Source of the DNA: an uncultured Devosia sp.
GTDB lineage: Bacteria > Pseudomonadota > Alphaproteobacteria > Rhizobiales > Devosiaceae
Assembly: GCA_963517015.1 (NCBI GenBank)
Contig: CAUQDV010000003.1
Location: 133,522 to 197,521, forward strand
DNA length: 64,000 nucleotides
Reading direction: 5' to 3'
Shown: in pieces, positions 10,623 to 20,771 of the stretch
Position numbering within the stretch: position 1 is the stretch's first letter
How the letters are laid out: each line of letters begins with the position of its first letter
Program-made: the position numbers and the translations under genes
The notes under the pieces: model-generated
Told to the model about the DNA's origin: nothing
What the model saw: the letters and a program-made list of their open reading frames with translations, nothing else
Database searches by the model: none

Positions 10623-11478
10623 TGCTCTGGCGCGGCCGCTGGCCCGCCCCCTGCGCCGCATCTCGCACCGCTCAGGCCTCAACAGCGCTGCCGGGCACCT
10701 GCTGATGGTGCTGCTGTCGATCTTTTGCCTCTTCCCGGTCTATTGGATGCTGGCCAGCTCCTTCCGGCCGGCCAATGCCATGTTCGAGACCAACCTCTGG
10801 CCGACCACCATGTCGCTGGACAACTATACCCAGGCCGTGGACGCCATTCCGATCGCCCGCATGCTGGTCAATACGCTGGTCTTTTCCGCCCTTTCGACCG
10901 TTTTCCAACTGCTGACGGGAATTCTGGCGGCCTTCGCCTTTGCGCGCTGGACATTCCGGGGCGACAAGCTGGTCTATACCGCGGTGGCGCTGACCTGGCT
11001 CGTGCCCTTCCAGGTGGTGATGATCCCCAATTACCTGCTGATTGCCCAGATGGGCCTGCTCGACAGCATCATCGCGCTCATCCTGCCCAATCTGGCAGCG
11101 GCCTTGGCCATTCTCTTGCTGGCTCAGGCCATGCGCGGTTTTCCAAGGGAAGTCATGGAGGCCGCTCGCATGGATGGCGCCCGCAACTGGCGCATTCTCT
11201 GGGAAGTGCTGGTGCCCAACCTGCGCGGCACCATCGCCTCGCTGGCCATCCTCATCTTCATTTCGACCTGGAACGAATATTTCTGGCCCCTGCTGCTGTC
11301 GCGCACGGCAGAAAACTCGGTGATCCAGATCGGCATACAGATGTTCATGACCGCCGAAGGCAATCAGTGGGGCCCGCTGATGGCCGCCTCGACCCTCGCC
11401 AGCCTGCCGGTCCTGCTCATCTACATCGTCCTGCAGCGCCAGGTCGTCCAGTCCTTCATGAAATCGGGTATCCGCTGA
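10612..11478 (+). CDS. ABC permease (UgpE-like)
   Basis: EAARMDGA, WNEYFWPL. Confidence 0.92.
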   Translation: MTTDALARPLARPLRRISHRSGLNSAAGHLLMVLLSIFCLFPVYWMLASSFRPANAMFETNLWPTTMSLDNYTQAVDAIPIARMLVNTLVFSALSTVFQLLTGILAAFAFARWTFRGDKLVYTAVALTWLVPFQVVMIPNYLLIAQMGLLDSIIALILPNLAAALAILLLAQAMRGFPREVMEAARMDGARNWRILWEVLVPNLRGTIASLAILIFISTWNEYFWPLLLSRTAENSVIQIGIQMFMTAEGNQWGPLMAASTLASLPVLLIYIVLQRQVVQSFMKSGIR

Positions 11479-11530
11479 TGCAGGTTTCATGCCGTCCCGC
11501 CACGCCGACTGCCCTTCAGAAAGACACCCG

Positions 11531-12643
11531 ATGACCGACCTGACCATCACCGACGTCAAGAAGTCCTATGACGGCAAGCCGGTGCTGCATGGCATCGATG
11601 TTGCCATTCCCGACGGCGATTTCGTCGTCATTGTCGGCCCTTCCGGCTGCGGCAAGTCCACCCTGCTGCGCATGATCGCCGGGCTTGAGGACATCACCTC
11701 GGGCACTATCGCCATCGGCGGCACCGTGATGAACGACATCGAACCCGCCGATCGCGGCTGCGCCATGGTGTTCCAGAACTATGCGCTTTATCCGCATATG
11801 AGCGTGCGCCAGAACATCGCCTATCCCCTGCGCATCGCCAGGCTACCGCAGGCCGAGCGCGACCGGCGCGTACAAGAGGCCGCAAAGATCCTCAATCTTA
11901 CCGACTACCTCGATCGCCGCCCCGCGCAACTCTCGGGCGGTCAGCGCCAGCGCGTCGCCATGGGCCGGGCCATCGTGCGCGAGCCCAATGTGTTCCTCTT
12001 CGACGAGCCGCTGTCCAATCTCGACGCCCTCCTGCGCGTCCAGATGCGCATCGAGATCAAGAAGCTGCACAAGCGGCTCAAGGCGACGTCGATCTTTGTC
12101 ACTCATGACCAGGTCGAGGCCATGACGCTGGCCGACATGCTGATCGTGATGAATGCCGGCAGGGTGGAGCAGATCGGTTCGCCTGCCGAAGTCTACCGCA
12201 GGCCAGCTTCCGCTTTCGTTGCAGGCTTCATGGGCGCCCCCGCCATGAATCTCCTGCCGGCCACGGTCGGCGACGACGGCGAAGTCCTGCTCGATGCCTT
12301 TGCCGGCCAGGTCGGTGTCGGCCACGCCGATCTGCCAAGGGGCAGCGTCATCACGCTGGGCATCCGCCCGGAAAGCCTTGTCCTTTCGGAAAGCTCCGGC
12401 CGCGGCTTTCCCGCCAATGTCGAACTGGTCGAGGAACTGGGTGGCTCCCGCGTCGCCTACTGTAATCTCTCTGGCCACGAAGTCTCGGTAGTCCTGCCGC
12501 CCGGTGAGAGCCAGCTCGAAGGGCAGACCGTCTGGCTTTCCTTCCCCGGCCAACAATTGCATCTGTTTGATCGTGCCAGCGGCCAGCGTCTCGATCTGGC
12601 CATGCGCGAAAGGCACAACAAGCACCGCCAACTGGCAGACTGA
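11531..12643 (+). CDS. ABC ATP-binding protein (UgpC/MalK-like)
   Basis: GPSGCGKST, LSGGQRQR, LFDEPLSNLD, VTHDQ. Confidence 0.95.
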   Translation: MTDLTITDVKKSYDGKPVLHGIDVAIPDGDFVVIVGPSGCGKSTLLRMIAGLEDITSGTIAIGGTVMNDIEPADRGCAMVFQNYALYPHMSVRQNIAYPLRIARLPQAERDRRVQEAAKILNLTDYLDRRPAQLSGGQRQRVAMGRAIVREPNVFLFDEPLSNLDALLRVQMRIEIKKLHKRLKATSIFVTHDQVEAMTLADMLIVMNAGRVEQIGSPAEVYRRPASAFVAGFMGAPAMNLLPATVGDDGEVLLDAFAGQVGVGHADLPRGSVITLGIRPESLVLSESSGRGFPANVELVEELGGSRVAYCNLSGHEVSVVLPPGESQLEGQTVWLSFPGQQLHLFDRASGQRLDLAMRERHNKHRQLAD

Positions 12644-12664
12644 GGATCGTCGGGGGAAGAGAAG

Positions 12665-13291
12665 CTAGATTTCGATCTCGCCGCGCTTGGCCGCTTCCAC
12701 GGCCAGCTGCACCCGGTTGGTGGCGCCGAGTTTGACCATGGCCGCTTGCACATGCTGTTCGACCGTACGGGCCGCGATGCCGATGATGATGGCAATCTCG
12801 TGCGAGGTCTTGCCGGCCGCCACCCATTGCACTACCTGGCGCTCGCGCGGCGTCAGGATGGAGTCGGAACGCCGGCTTCGGGCCATCACTTCCGCACTGG
12901 CATCCGAGCCGACATAGCCGCCCAGCTTGCCGTCGGCAGTGAAATAGGGGTGGCCCACTGCGATGACCCAGCGATACTCTTGGTCATGCCGGCAAAGCCG
13001 ATATTCGGTATGGTAGATCACGCCCTTGGCGGTGGCGGTGAGGAAAGCCTCCAGCGCCGAAGCGCGGTCATCCTTGTGTAGCGCCTTGGTCCAGCCATCG
13101 CCCTCGGCATCGCCCGGCGTCTGGCCAGTGAAGTCATACCAGTTCTGATTGAGATAGACGCAATAGCCGTCCGGATCGGTGATCCACACCATCAGCGGCG
13201 ACTTGTCGGCGACCTGGCGCAGCTCGACCCTTTGCGGGTCCCACACGACATCACGGTCCTGTCCCAGTGCGAGCTTCGATACCTGAGCCAA
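12665..13291 (-). CDS. PAS-domain LuxR-type HTH regulator
   Basis: PAS (WITDPDGYCVYLN...W...LH..D) plus LTPRERQV...GKTSHEIA...TVEQH. Confidence 0.88.
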   Translation of the reverse strand: MAQVSKLALGQDRDVVWDPQRVELRQVADKSPLMVWITDPDGYCVYLNQNWYDFTGQTPGDAEGDGWTKALHKDDRASALEAFLTATAKGVIYHTEYRLCRHDQEYRWVIAVGHPYFTADGKLGGYVGSDASAEVMARSRRSDSILTPRERQVVQWVAAGKTSHEIAIIIGIAARTVEQHVQAAMVKLGATNRVQLAVEAAKRGEIEI

Positions 13292-13425
13292 GAACGCCTC
13301 CTCGCGTGGATTGGTCTAAACGTGTTGCAATGATTCTGGTTGCATCGCGAGGCAGGATTTTTTGCGCGACAGCAGATGCTTGAATTTGTATTCCGGGACC
13401 AGCACACGACCGCAAGGAGTGCGAC

Positions 13426-14094
13426 ATGCTGCCATGGATCAGATTGGGCGACGCGCAGGTGCCGGGCGGCGACAAGCTGCAACTGATGCAGCGCGGCAGC
13501 GAGTTTTCCATCATGGCCGGCACGACCGAGCTGATGAACAGCCGGCTTAGCGGTTCCGAAGAGGCGCTGGCAACGCTCTCCGCCCAACGGCTGGCTGGCC
13601 GGCCCGGGCCCCGTATCCTTATCGGCGGTCTGGGCATGGGATTTACCCTGCGGGCTGCGCTGGCGAGCTTTCCGGCAGACAGCGCCATCGTCATCGCCGA
13701 ACTGGTGCCCGAAGTGATTGACTGGGCGCGCGGGCCACTGGCCGCCATTCATGGCACGAGCCTCGACGACAGCCGTGTTTCCATCCATCAGGGCGATGTC
13801 GGTGAGGCCATGACGCGCGGTTACTTCGACGCCATTCTACTCGATGTCGACAATGGTCCGGACGGCCTGTCGCGCCCGTCCAATGACCGGCTCTACAATG
13901 CGCGTGGACTGGCCGCCGCAAAGACCGCCCTGACTGGCGGCGGTCATCTGGCGGTCTGGTCCTCGGCGCCGGATGCGCAGTTCACCAAGCGGCTAAAGCA
14001 GGCGGGATTTGCGGTGGAAGAGGCCAGCGTGCGCGCCAGCACAAAGCGCCGCGGCGCGCGTCACACCATCTGGTTCGCAACCAAAGGCGCCTAG
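13426..14094 (+). CDS. Spermidine-synthase-like SAM methyltransferase
   Basis: ILIGGLGMGFTL, FDAILLDVDNGP. Confidence 0.85.
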   Translation: MLPWIRLGDAQVPGGDKLQLMQRGSEFSIMAGTTELMNSRLSGSEEALATLSAQRLAGRPGPRILIGGLGMGFTLRAALASFPADSAIVIAELVPEVIDWARGPLAAIHGTSLDDSRVSIHQGDVGEAMTRGYFDAILLDVDNGPDGLSRPSNDRLYNARGLAAAKTALTGGGHLAVWSSAPDAQFTKRLKQAGFAVEEASVRASTKRRGARHTIWFATKGA

Positions 14095-14657
14095 CGCAGA
14101 CCGGCCTGTTCAAGCAGGCCCGCCCGCTTGGCATCGTAATAATAGCCGCGGGCATAGAAACGCACCGCCTGGTCGGAATTGCCGCCGGCCGTCACATAGG
14201 CACCGGCCAGATAGCGCACGGCATAGCGCAGGTTGGTTTCGGCATCGAGCAGGCCTGAGGGCGAACCCTTGTAGCCCTGGCCCGACGCCGTGGCGTGGCT
14301 GATCTGCATCAAGCCATAATAGGGTCCATTGCGCGCCGCCGGATTATAGCCGCTCTCGCGCTCGATGACGCGACGCACCAGGCTCTCCGGCACGCCATAT
14401 TCATGCGCATAGTGGCTGATCAGCGGATCGAGCGATCCATCGGCATAGCCCATGGCACTGGGTGCAGCCGGCACGACGGCCGCCTTGGGCACATGGCCTG
14501 CCGGTGTTGGCGTCGCGAAACTGGCGAGAGCCGCAGTGGCGCCGCCGCCCGGCGCGGGCTTGAAGGCACTCATCGAGCAGCCGGAGACCGCAATTGCCAC
14601 GAGAACCATGGCGCCAAGGGGCCTGATGCTGCTGAAAAGTGTCGTCGTCTGAGCCAT
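14091..14657 (-). CDS. Lytic transglycosylase (SLT) lipoprotein
   Basis: Lipobox VSGC; RESGYNP, GLMQI, TNLRYAVRYL. Confidence 0.9.
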   Translation of the reverse strand: MAQTTTLFSSIRPLGAMVLVAIAVSGCSMSAFKPAPGGGATAALASFATPTPAGHVPKAAVVPAAPSAMGYADGSLDPLISHYAHEYGVPESLVRRVIERESGYNPAARNGPYYGLMQISHATASGQGYKGSPSGLLDAETNLRYAVRYLAGAYVTAGGNSDQAVRFYARGYYYDAKRAGLLEQAGLR

Positions 14658-14825
14658 ATATCCACACTAGCACGGTTTTACCCTCCGCGCGATAAGCCCA
14701 AATCAAGGCGCTCTGATGGCAATTGCAAGACAAGGCCGTTCTGACGCAAAACCCCCGTTGCGCGGATCACCGGCTTTGGCTAGGTTGCGCGCAGTTCAGC
14801 CGGGGCAGGCCCCCGCGTCACGGAT

Positions 14826-14902
<77 letters not shown>

Positions 14903-14949
14903 ATCCTTTCAATGACTTAGCGGATTTTATGAGTTGTAATCTGAGGGCC

Positions 14950-14969
14950 GAGTCACCACAGAGTCACTA
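14950..14969 (+). repeat. Putative integrase arm-type sites (tRNA-proximal end)
   Basis: GAGTCACCA-CA-GAGTCACTA with 11-bp period; degenerate inverted GTGAC pair at 14992-15012. Confidence 0.75.
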
Positions 14970-15033
14970 TCGTACCTTATAATCCGTTCGCGGTGACACC
15001 GCGTAGTGACGAACCAGCATGCCAGTCAGGCGA

Positions 15034-15366
15034 TCAATCCCGGTCTTTGCGATTCAACCATGAGTCGGGGGTTGGCGTCAGCGATTTGAGACGGCGCCCG
15101 CTCGAACGCGCAACGGATGGCTTGGCCTTGCCCCGCCCCAATGGTCGAGGCGGCTTGACTGGATCCGACTTAATGGCAGGCTCCGCCTTGGGTATGACTA
15201 CGGCGGCCTCAATCCAGGCCTCTACATCCTCAGGGCGATAAAGGCATTTATCAGTGGGCTTGTAAAAGCGCGGCCCCCTGCCTTCAGACGCAAGCTTGGC
15301 TAAGGTGTGCTGGGAGATCGGGTAGCGTTCAGCGACCTGTACGCGGGTGAGGTAATTGGTCGACAC
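15034..15366 (-). CDS. Excisionase/AlpA-like HTH protein
   Basis: YLTRVQVAERY..S..TLAKLASEGRGPRFYK...LYRPEDVEAWI. Confidence 0.8.
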   Translation of the reverse strand: MSTNYLTRVQVAERYPISQHTLAKLASEGRGPRFYKPTDKCLYRPEDVEAWIEAAVVIPKAEPAIKSDPVKPPRPLGRGKAKPSVARSSGRRLKSLTPTPDSWLNRKDRD

Positions 15367-15517
15367 TGGAAGTTCTCCTAAGCGAGCCTAGGCTCGCCAT
15401 GTAGGAGCTAAGGCAACCATAAGCGAGTTCACGCCGGCCTGATCGTTCCCGCGTCGGCCGTGGCTCTCTTTGGCCATTCTGAACGCGACGACTCCAGACT
15501 GTCGCCGCCCGATGGTA

Positions 15518-16552
15518 TCAGTCGAAGGGTGACGGCTCCAGATTCCATGGCGAAGCCACAGCCTCGTCTTCCTGAGGCAACAAATCTGCTTTCGCGAGCC
15601 CCGGATGGGGCCGATCTGGCGTGCGAACCTTACGCGCCGCTTCCACGCTAACGAGCGCTAGGCCACCTTTTCGCCCTTGCTGCCGTGTCCCATATGCTTT
15701 TTGCGTCGCCGTGCTGGCGTGGCCGAGCGCCATCGCAATGGCTTTTTTGTCGTAGCCCCAAGCGTGCTTCAACTGGGATGCCAGGTAATGCCTCGCGATA
15801 TAGGCACAGATCGGGGGTAGTCCGGCTTTTCCGGATGCTGACGCCATGTTTTTGTGAAGGGTGCGTGGCTCGCGCTTGACCTGAAGGACGCCGCTCTTGC
15901 GGGAGGTGATCCGCCACAAGACCGCGGCGAGATGGGACAGCCCTACGTCAAACGTCAACTTTCTCCACTGCTGTCCATTCGTTTCGGTGACTTTGGCGCC
16001 ATTGATGGAAATGCACAGGTGCCGGTCATCTATAACGCGGACGGTAATTCCCATGCTCAGTTCCTCCGGCCGGCACCCTGAGAGCAGCGACACTAGAATT
16101 GCTGGAAGCGCCGCAGTGCTCGTGTTGTCGGCAAGGCGCTTCTGCCAATCGTCCGGAAGATTTTTGAGGCAACCGCGTTTCGATTTGCCTTTGCGGGTGA
16201 ACGCGTCTTCGGGCGGATTTTGCGTGCGCAGGTCCTCAATTATCTGGCGATACGCTAAAGCCAGGTCGACGTCAGCTGCGGCCGACATTGTGAGTCCCTG
16301 AATGATCTTCCGTACGGCCTCGCGCATTCTACGCAGGATGCTGGTCCACAGTCCGTGGACCATGGCAGATCGGGTGAGCACGAACTGGCCCGGCGTTACC
16401 ATCGCCACATGAGCAACATACCTCACGACTCCGAGGCGCGACGCATTCATCGCTTTCCAGATACGCTTGTATCTGTCGACCGTATTCGCCTTTTTCGGCT
16501 TAGCCAGAAACGTCTCCGCCTCACTCTGCAGGTCCTTGATTTTAAATGCCAT
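15518..16552 (-). CDS. Tyrosine recombinase (second, no arm-binding domain evident)
   Basis: SGCRPEEL (R), GAKV (K), YIARH (HxxR with Y in place of H), LGHAS and QKAYG (Y). Confidence 0.8.
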   Translation of the reverse strand: MAFKIKDLQSEAETFLAKPKKANTVDRYKRIWKAMNASRLGVVRYVAHVAMVTPGQFVLTRSAMVHGLWTSILRRMREAVRKIIQGLTMSAAADVDLALAYRQIIEDLRTQNPPEDAFTRKGKSKRGCLKNLPDDWQKRLADNTSTAALPAILVSLLSGCRPEELSMGITVRVIDDRHLCISINGAKVTETNGQQWRKLTFDVGLSHLAAVLWRITSRKSGVLQVKREPRTLHKNMASASGKAGLPPICAYIARHYLASQLKHAWGYDKKAIAMALGHASTATQKAYGTRQQGRKGGLALVSVEAARKVRTPDRPHPGLAKADLLPQEDEAVASPWNLEPSPFD

Positions 16553-17228
16553 GGCGGGCCTCAGGTTGTTCTGCTGCGAGGCTAAGCGGAGTGCCTGAAA
16601 ATCGGAAAAGTGGCCCTTGGGCCAGAGCCAGATGGCCTCGGTGTGTCAGATGCTCTTGAGCGCTTCGCCTTGCCACGGCCGCCCCTCGCCCGCTGCGCAG
16701 GCAGGGCGGCAAGGTCTGGCGACCCATGGCCAGGCGCAGCGACGGATGCTCCTTCCGGCCCTCCTTCGCCCAAAGTTGGGCAGGGGGGCGAGCTCTCTTC
16801 GCTCGCCGTAATGATCATCCGTGGCAGCAGATCGAAGCCGATCTCCTGCCCGCCTGCTGGTTTAAACCGACGCCCCCTCGATCCATACTGGATCAGGGGC
16901 GCAAGCTCGCTTTGCTCGTCGATTTGAACCAACAGGCCCTATTTCCGGAACCGCCTTAGGCGCATCCGGAAATAGGGAAAGAGCATCTTATCCGACTGGG
17001 TCGAGGCCATCTTTTCTAAGAGGTGGTTTAATACCCTGAAGGTATCCATAACAGATGAGCTTGACCGAATGTGTATCGCTGCATAAGAGCTTCTGGACGC
17101 TGGAATCCTACGCGATCGTTTTATATTTTCGCTCTGGCGCCTGCGTGGCACGATCGCCTTTTTAATATTAGTCCTCACCATATAGGACAGGGGCGCACAG
17201 TTTTAATTTTACTCAACGAGATATGTAG

Positions 17229-18512
17229 ATGTGGCGGTGTCACCGACTTGTTCTGCTGCTGCGATCGACGTTGATTCAGAATGTTGGCGCCTTAACACTT
17301 GTGCAGATTGCCAATTATATCGCGCCCCTTCTGACCCTCCCATATCTAACGCGCGTGCTCGGCCCCGAGGCATTCGGTACTGTCGCCTTTGCGCAGATAT
17401 TGATGCTCTGGCTGGTAATATTGGTAAACTATGGTTTCCCTTGGAGCGCAACGCGCGACATTGCCGCGAGACGGGATGATCCTGAATATGTGGCCCGTCA
17501 GTTCTCCGCCAACTGGACTGCCCAATGGCTTCTCACGTTGCTCGCCGGTGTCGTTCTCGTACTCGTTGTCACGATGGTGCCCGCAGTGCGCAAGGATGCG
17601 ACGCTATATCTGTCGGGTTACACGATCGTTCTTGGAACTGCCCTGTTTCCTATATGGCTGATGCAGGGACTTGAGCGGCTGCGCGAAGTGGCCGTCCTGC
17701 AGGTCGTCGGGCGATTTGCGCTGCTGGCGCTGGTGTTTATTCTTGTGCGTGGCCCGGAAGACGCCGCCTTGGCGGTCATTGCTCAGGGATCGGGGGGCAT
17801 CGTCGCCGGGCTCTTATGCCTGTGGTGGATCAAGCGGAAAAGGCTGGTACACTATGCGCTTCCTACACGGAAGGAAATCTTGGCGGCAGCGCGCGAAGGC
17901 GGCAAGATTTTTATTTCGCAAGTGGCGATTAGCTTCTATACGGCCTTCATTCCCACAGCGCTCGGCATGGTCTCCGGCACGGTGCCAGTAGGCCAATATA
18001 TGATAGCCGATCGCGCGCGGAGCGCCGCGCAATCGTTTATGGGGCCCATTTCTCAGGCGCTTTTCCCGCGTATGAGCTTTCTATTCGGCACCAACGATCT
18101 AGGCAATGCCCGCCGCATGCTCAAGATTTCGCTGATTGCCACGTTTGTCGTTTCGGGCGCAGCCAGCATCGCGCTCTTCGTCTTGGCCGACTGGATCGTG
18201 ATGCTCCTGGGCGGGCAGGAATTCCTGTTTGCTGCGCAAATCCTGCGCTGGCTGTCTCCGGTTCCATTTTGCGTTGGCCTTTCCAATCTGTTTGGCCTGC
18301 AAATCATGCTGCCGCGGCGCAAGACGCGTGCGTTCAACACGATACTAATTTCAGCGGCCGTTTTGGGGACCGCACTGATTTTCCCCATGGCCAATTGGCG
18401 GGGTGCCGAAGGCGCGGCAATGACTGTGCTAGCGGTGGAAATGTGGGTAACACTGACCATGGCGGCCTATCTGGCCAAAAATGGACTAACAGACGAGAAA
18501 GCAAGCGAATGA
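17229..18512 (+). CDS. wzx: Polysaccharide flippase
   Basis: PLLTLPYLTRVLGPEAFG, YGF..SATRDIA, ~12 hydrophobic segments; start codon uncertain. Confidence 0.9.
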   Translation: MWRCHRLVLLLRSTLIQNVGALTLVQIANYIAPLLTLPYLTRVLGPEAFGTVAFAQILMLWLVILVNYGFPWSATRDIAARRDDPEYVARQFSANWTAQWLLTLLAGVVLVLVVTMVPAVRKDATLYLSGYTIVLGTALFPIWLMQGLERLREVAVLQVVGRFALLALVFILVRGPEDAALAVIAQGSGGIVAGLLCLWWIKRKRLVHYALPTRKEILAAAREGGKIFISQVAISFYTAFIPTALGMVSGTVPVGQYMIADRARSAAQSFMGPISQALFPRMSFLFGTNDLGNARRMLKISLIATFVVSGAASIALFVLADWIVMLLGGQEFLFAAQILRWLSPVPFCVGLSNLFGLQIMLPRRKTRAFNTILISAAVLGTALIFPMANWRGAEGAAMTVLAVEMWVTLTMAAYLAKNGLTDEKASE

Positions 18513-19630
18513 AGACAGACTGGTTGATCGTCGGCGCAGGTTTGACAGGGGCGACTTTCGCCGAACGCATTGCCAATGAGCGCGGCGAAAAGGTCTTGAT
18601 TATCGACCAGCGCGATCATATCGGCGGCAATGCTTGGGATGAATATAATAAGCACGGCATTCTCGAGCACAAATACGGTCCCCATATCTTCCACACCAAT
18701 AGCGACCAGGTCTGGAATTATCTGTCCCGTTTCACCCAATGGCAGCCCTATTCTCATAAGGTGCTGGCGCAGATAGAAGGGCAATTGGTGCCCCTGCCGT
18801 TCAATCTCAACACAATCGAAAAGCTATTTTCTCCGCGCATGGCTGAACGCTTTGCTGATAAGCTCATCGCGCTCTATGGCTTTGGCTCAAAGGTGCCTAT
18901 TCTAAAGCTGCGCCAAGCCGAGGACGAGGACCTTCGCTTCCTTGCCGATTATGCGTATCGCAACGTGTTCGAGAACTACACGCGCAAGCAATGGGACCTG
19001 GGCCCGGAGGACCTGTCGCCTGCGGTGACGGCGCGAGTACCTATCCTCGTGTCCCGCGATGATCGCTATTTCCAAGATCGCTACCAAGCCATGCCCCGCC
19101 ATGGCTACGGCGCTATGGTGCGCCGCATGCTTAAGCACGAAAACATTTCCGTCATGCTCAATACACGTTGGCAGGATGTTGCAGGCGAGATCAATTATGG
19201 CCGCATGATCTTCACCGGCCCGATAGATGAATATTTCGGCTTCAAGCACGGCGAGCTGCCCTATCGAAGCCTGCGTTTCGATGTTCAGACACACCCCATG
19301 CACCAATACCAGAAGGCGGCCGTGGTTAATTATCCAAACGACTACGCCTACACCCGCATCACCGAGCAAAAGGCTTTGACGGGGCAGGATCACGCGCACA
19401 CCACTGTGCTGGTGGAATATCCCCAGCCGCACGTGCATGGGCAGACGACGCCTTACTACCCCATTCCCACCGATGCTAACAAAGCCTTGCACAAGCTCTA
19501 CGAGCAGGAAGCCGAGGCTCTGGCGGAAGAGATCATGTTCGCAGGGCGTCTGGGTGATTACCAATATTACAACATGGACCAAGCAGTCGCCCGCGCATTG
19601 ACGCTGTTTGGACGACATCAGAATGCGTAA
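18509..19630 (+). CDS. glf: UDP-galactopyranose mutase
   Basis: IVGAGLTG, HIGGN, HKYGPHIFHT, YRSL, PYYP, GRLGDYQYYNMDQ. Confidence 0.96.
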   Translation: MKTDWLIVGAGLTGATFAERIANERGEKVLIIDQRDHIGGNAWDEYNKHGILEHKYGPHIFHTNSDQVWNYLSRFTQWQPYSHKVLAQIEGQLVPLPFNLNTIEKLFSPRMAERFADKLIALYGFGSKVPILKLRQAEDEDLRFLADYAYRNVFENYTRKQWDLGPEDLSPAVTARVPILVSRDDRYFQDRYQAMPRHGYGAMVRRMLKHENISVMLNTRWQDVAGEINYGRMIFTGPIDEYFGFKHGELPYRSLRFDVQTHPMHQYQKAAVVNYPNDYAYTRITEQKALTGQDHAHTTVLVEYPQPHVHGQTTPYYPIPTDANKALHKLYEQEAEALAEEIMFAGRLGDYQYYNMDQAVARALTLFGRHQNA

Positions 19631-20771
19631 GGTTCTCGTACTTGCACAGGTGATCAGGCCGGGCGGCGGACCGGGCGGCTATGTTTGCAACCTGGAGCGG
19701 GGTATTCAAAACCTTCCGGAGTTCGAGACGGCCGACCTACATTTTCGGTTCGAAGGCGCACGGGACGGCCGTTCGTCTCCCAATCATTCAGGCCAACGCT
19801 TCAAGCATCTCACGACGATTAGAAACGCACTGGAGGTCACGGGGCTTCGTAGTGTGTTGCTAAAGGCTCGGTTTCATTTTTCTCAGGCGTTCAAATTTCT
19901 TAGAGAAGCAGTCGATGCTTCTGATGTGGTCGTTATTCATGGTCCTTTCTTTTTGGACATACTCAGGTATGCCAATAAAAAGAAGAAGCTGACCATATAT
20001 ATGCCGCACAGCCCGGTTATATATGCCGATGAGTACCGGGATACATTGCTAAACAACGGCCTGAAATTGCCGCGGGCATCATACAATATTCGCTACAAGT
20101 ACGAGCGGGATTGCATCACCGAAGCTTCCTTCGTTGTTTTTCCCAGCCCGGGGGCGTCGAAGGAGTATGTCGATAAGTTTTCGTTAAAAGACACGGGTAA
20201 GGTGCATTACCTCGCGTCTGGAGTAACCGTGGATTTTCAGCCATCGCCCGACGCCACAGACCCTGACCTTGATATTCCCACCGTGCTGTATGCGGGCCGT
20301 TATGTGGATCACAAGGGCTTCGCCGATTTTTGTCAGGCGGCTGAAACAGCAGCGTCCAGGCGATTGCAGGCAAAGTTTGTAAGCGCAGGCGCCGGGCCAT
20401 TGAAGGCCTCGAAGAATGTGCATGATCTTGGCTGGCGATCGGACATCCACGCACTGGTCCAGGGGGCCCAGTTGGTGGCGATACCTAACAGGGTCGCATA
20501 TTATGATCTGTTACCCTTAGAATGCGCGGCTTTGGGAAAGCCGATGGTCATGTCCGCAGTAGGTGGTAGCATAGACCAGGCCGCCTTGCTTCCGGATACT
20601 GTGGCATACTCACCCGAGGGCGAGGACGCTCTCCTTGTGGCCGTCGAAACCGCTTTACGCAGGCTCGCCGCAGACCCTGATTGGGGAAAAGAGAATGCGT
20701 CTCGCTACAAGCTTACTTTCACTTCGGAGGAAATGGCCCGGCGATGGGTGTCGTTAGTAAGAGCTATTTGA
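19623..20771 (+). CDS. GT4-like glycosyltransferase
   Basis: GGGPGGY N-terminus, LYAGRYVDHKG, LPLECAALGKP. Confidence 0.85.
   Translation: MRKVLVLAQVIRPGGGPGGYVCNLERGIQNLPEFETADLHFRFEGARDGRSSPNHSGQRFKHLTTIRNALEVTGLRSVLLKARFHFSQAFKFLREAVDASDVVVIHGPFFLDILRYANKKKKLTIYMPHSPVIYADEYRDTLLNNGLKLPRASYNIRYKYERDCITEASFVVFPSPGASKEYVDKFSLKDTGKVHYLASGVTVDFQPSPDATDPDLDIPTVLYAGRYVDHKGFADFCQAAETAASRRLQAKFVSAGAGPLKASKNVHDLGWRSDIHALVQGAQLVAIPNRVAYYDLLPLECAALGKPMVMSAVGGSIDQAALLPDTVAYSPEGEDALLVAVETALRRLAADPDWGKENASRYKLTFTSEEMARRWVSLVRAI

Noticed and set aside
16582..17181. Several overlapping short ORFs upstream of wzx
   Set aside because: No motifs or convincing RBS; mutually overlapping; probably non-coding or decayed.
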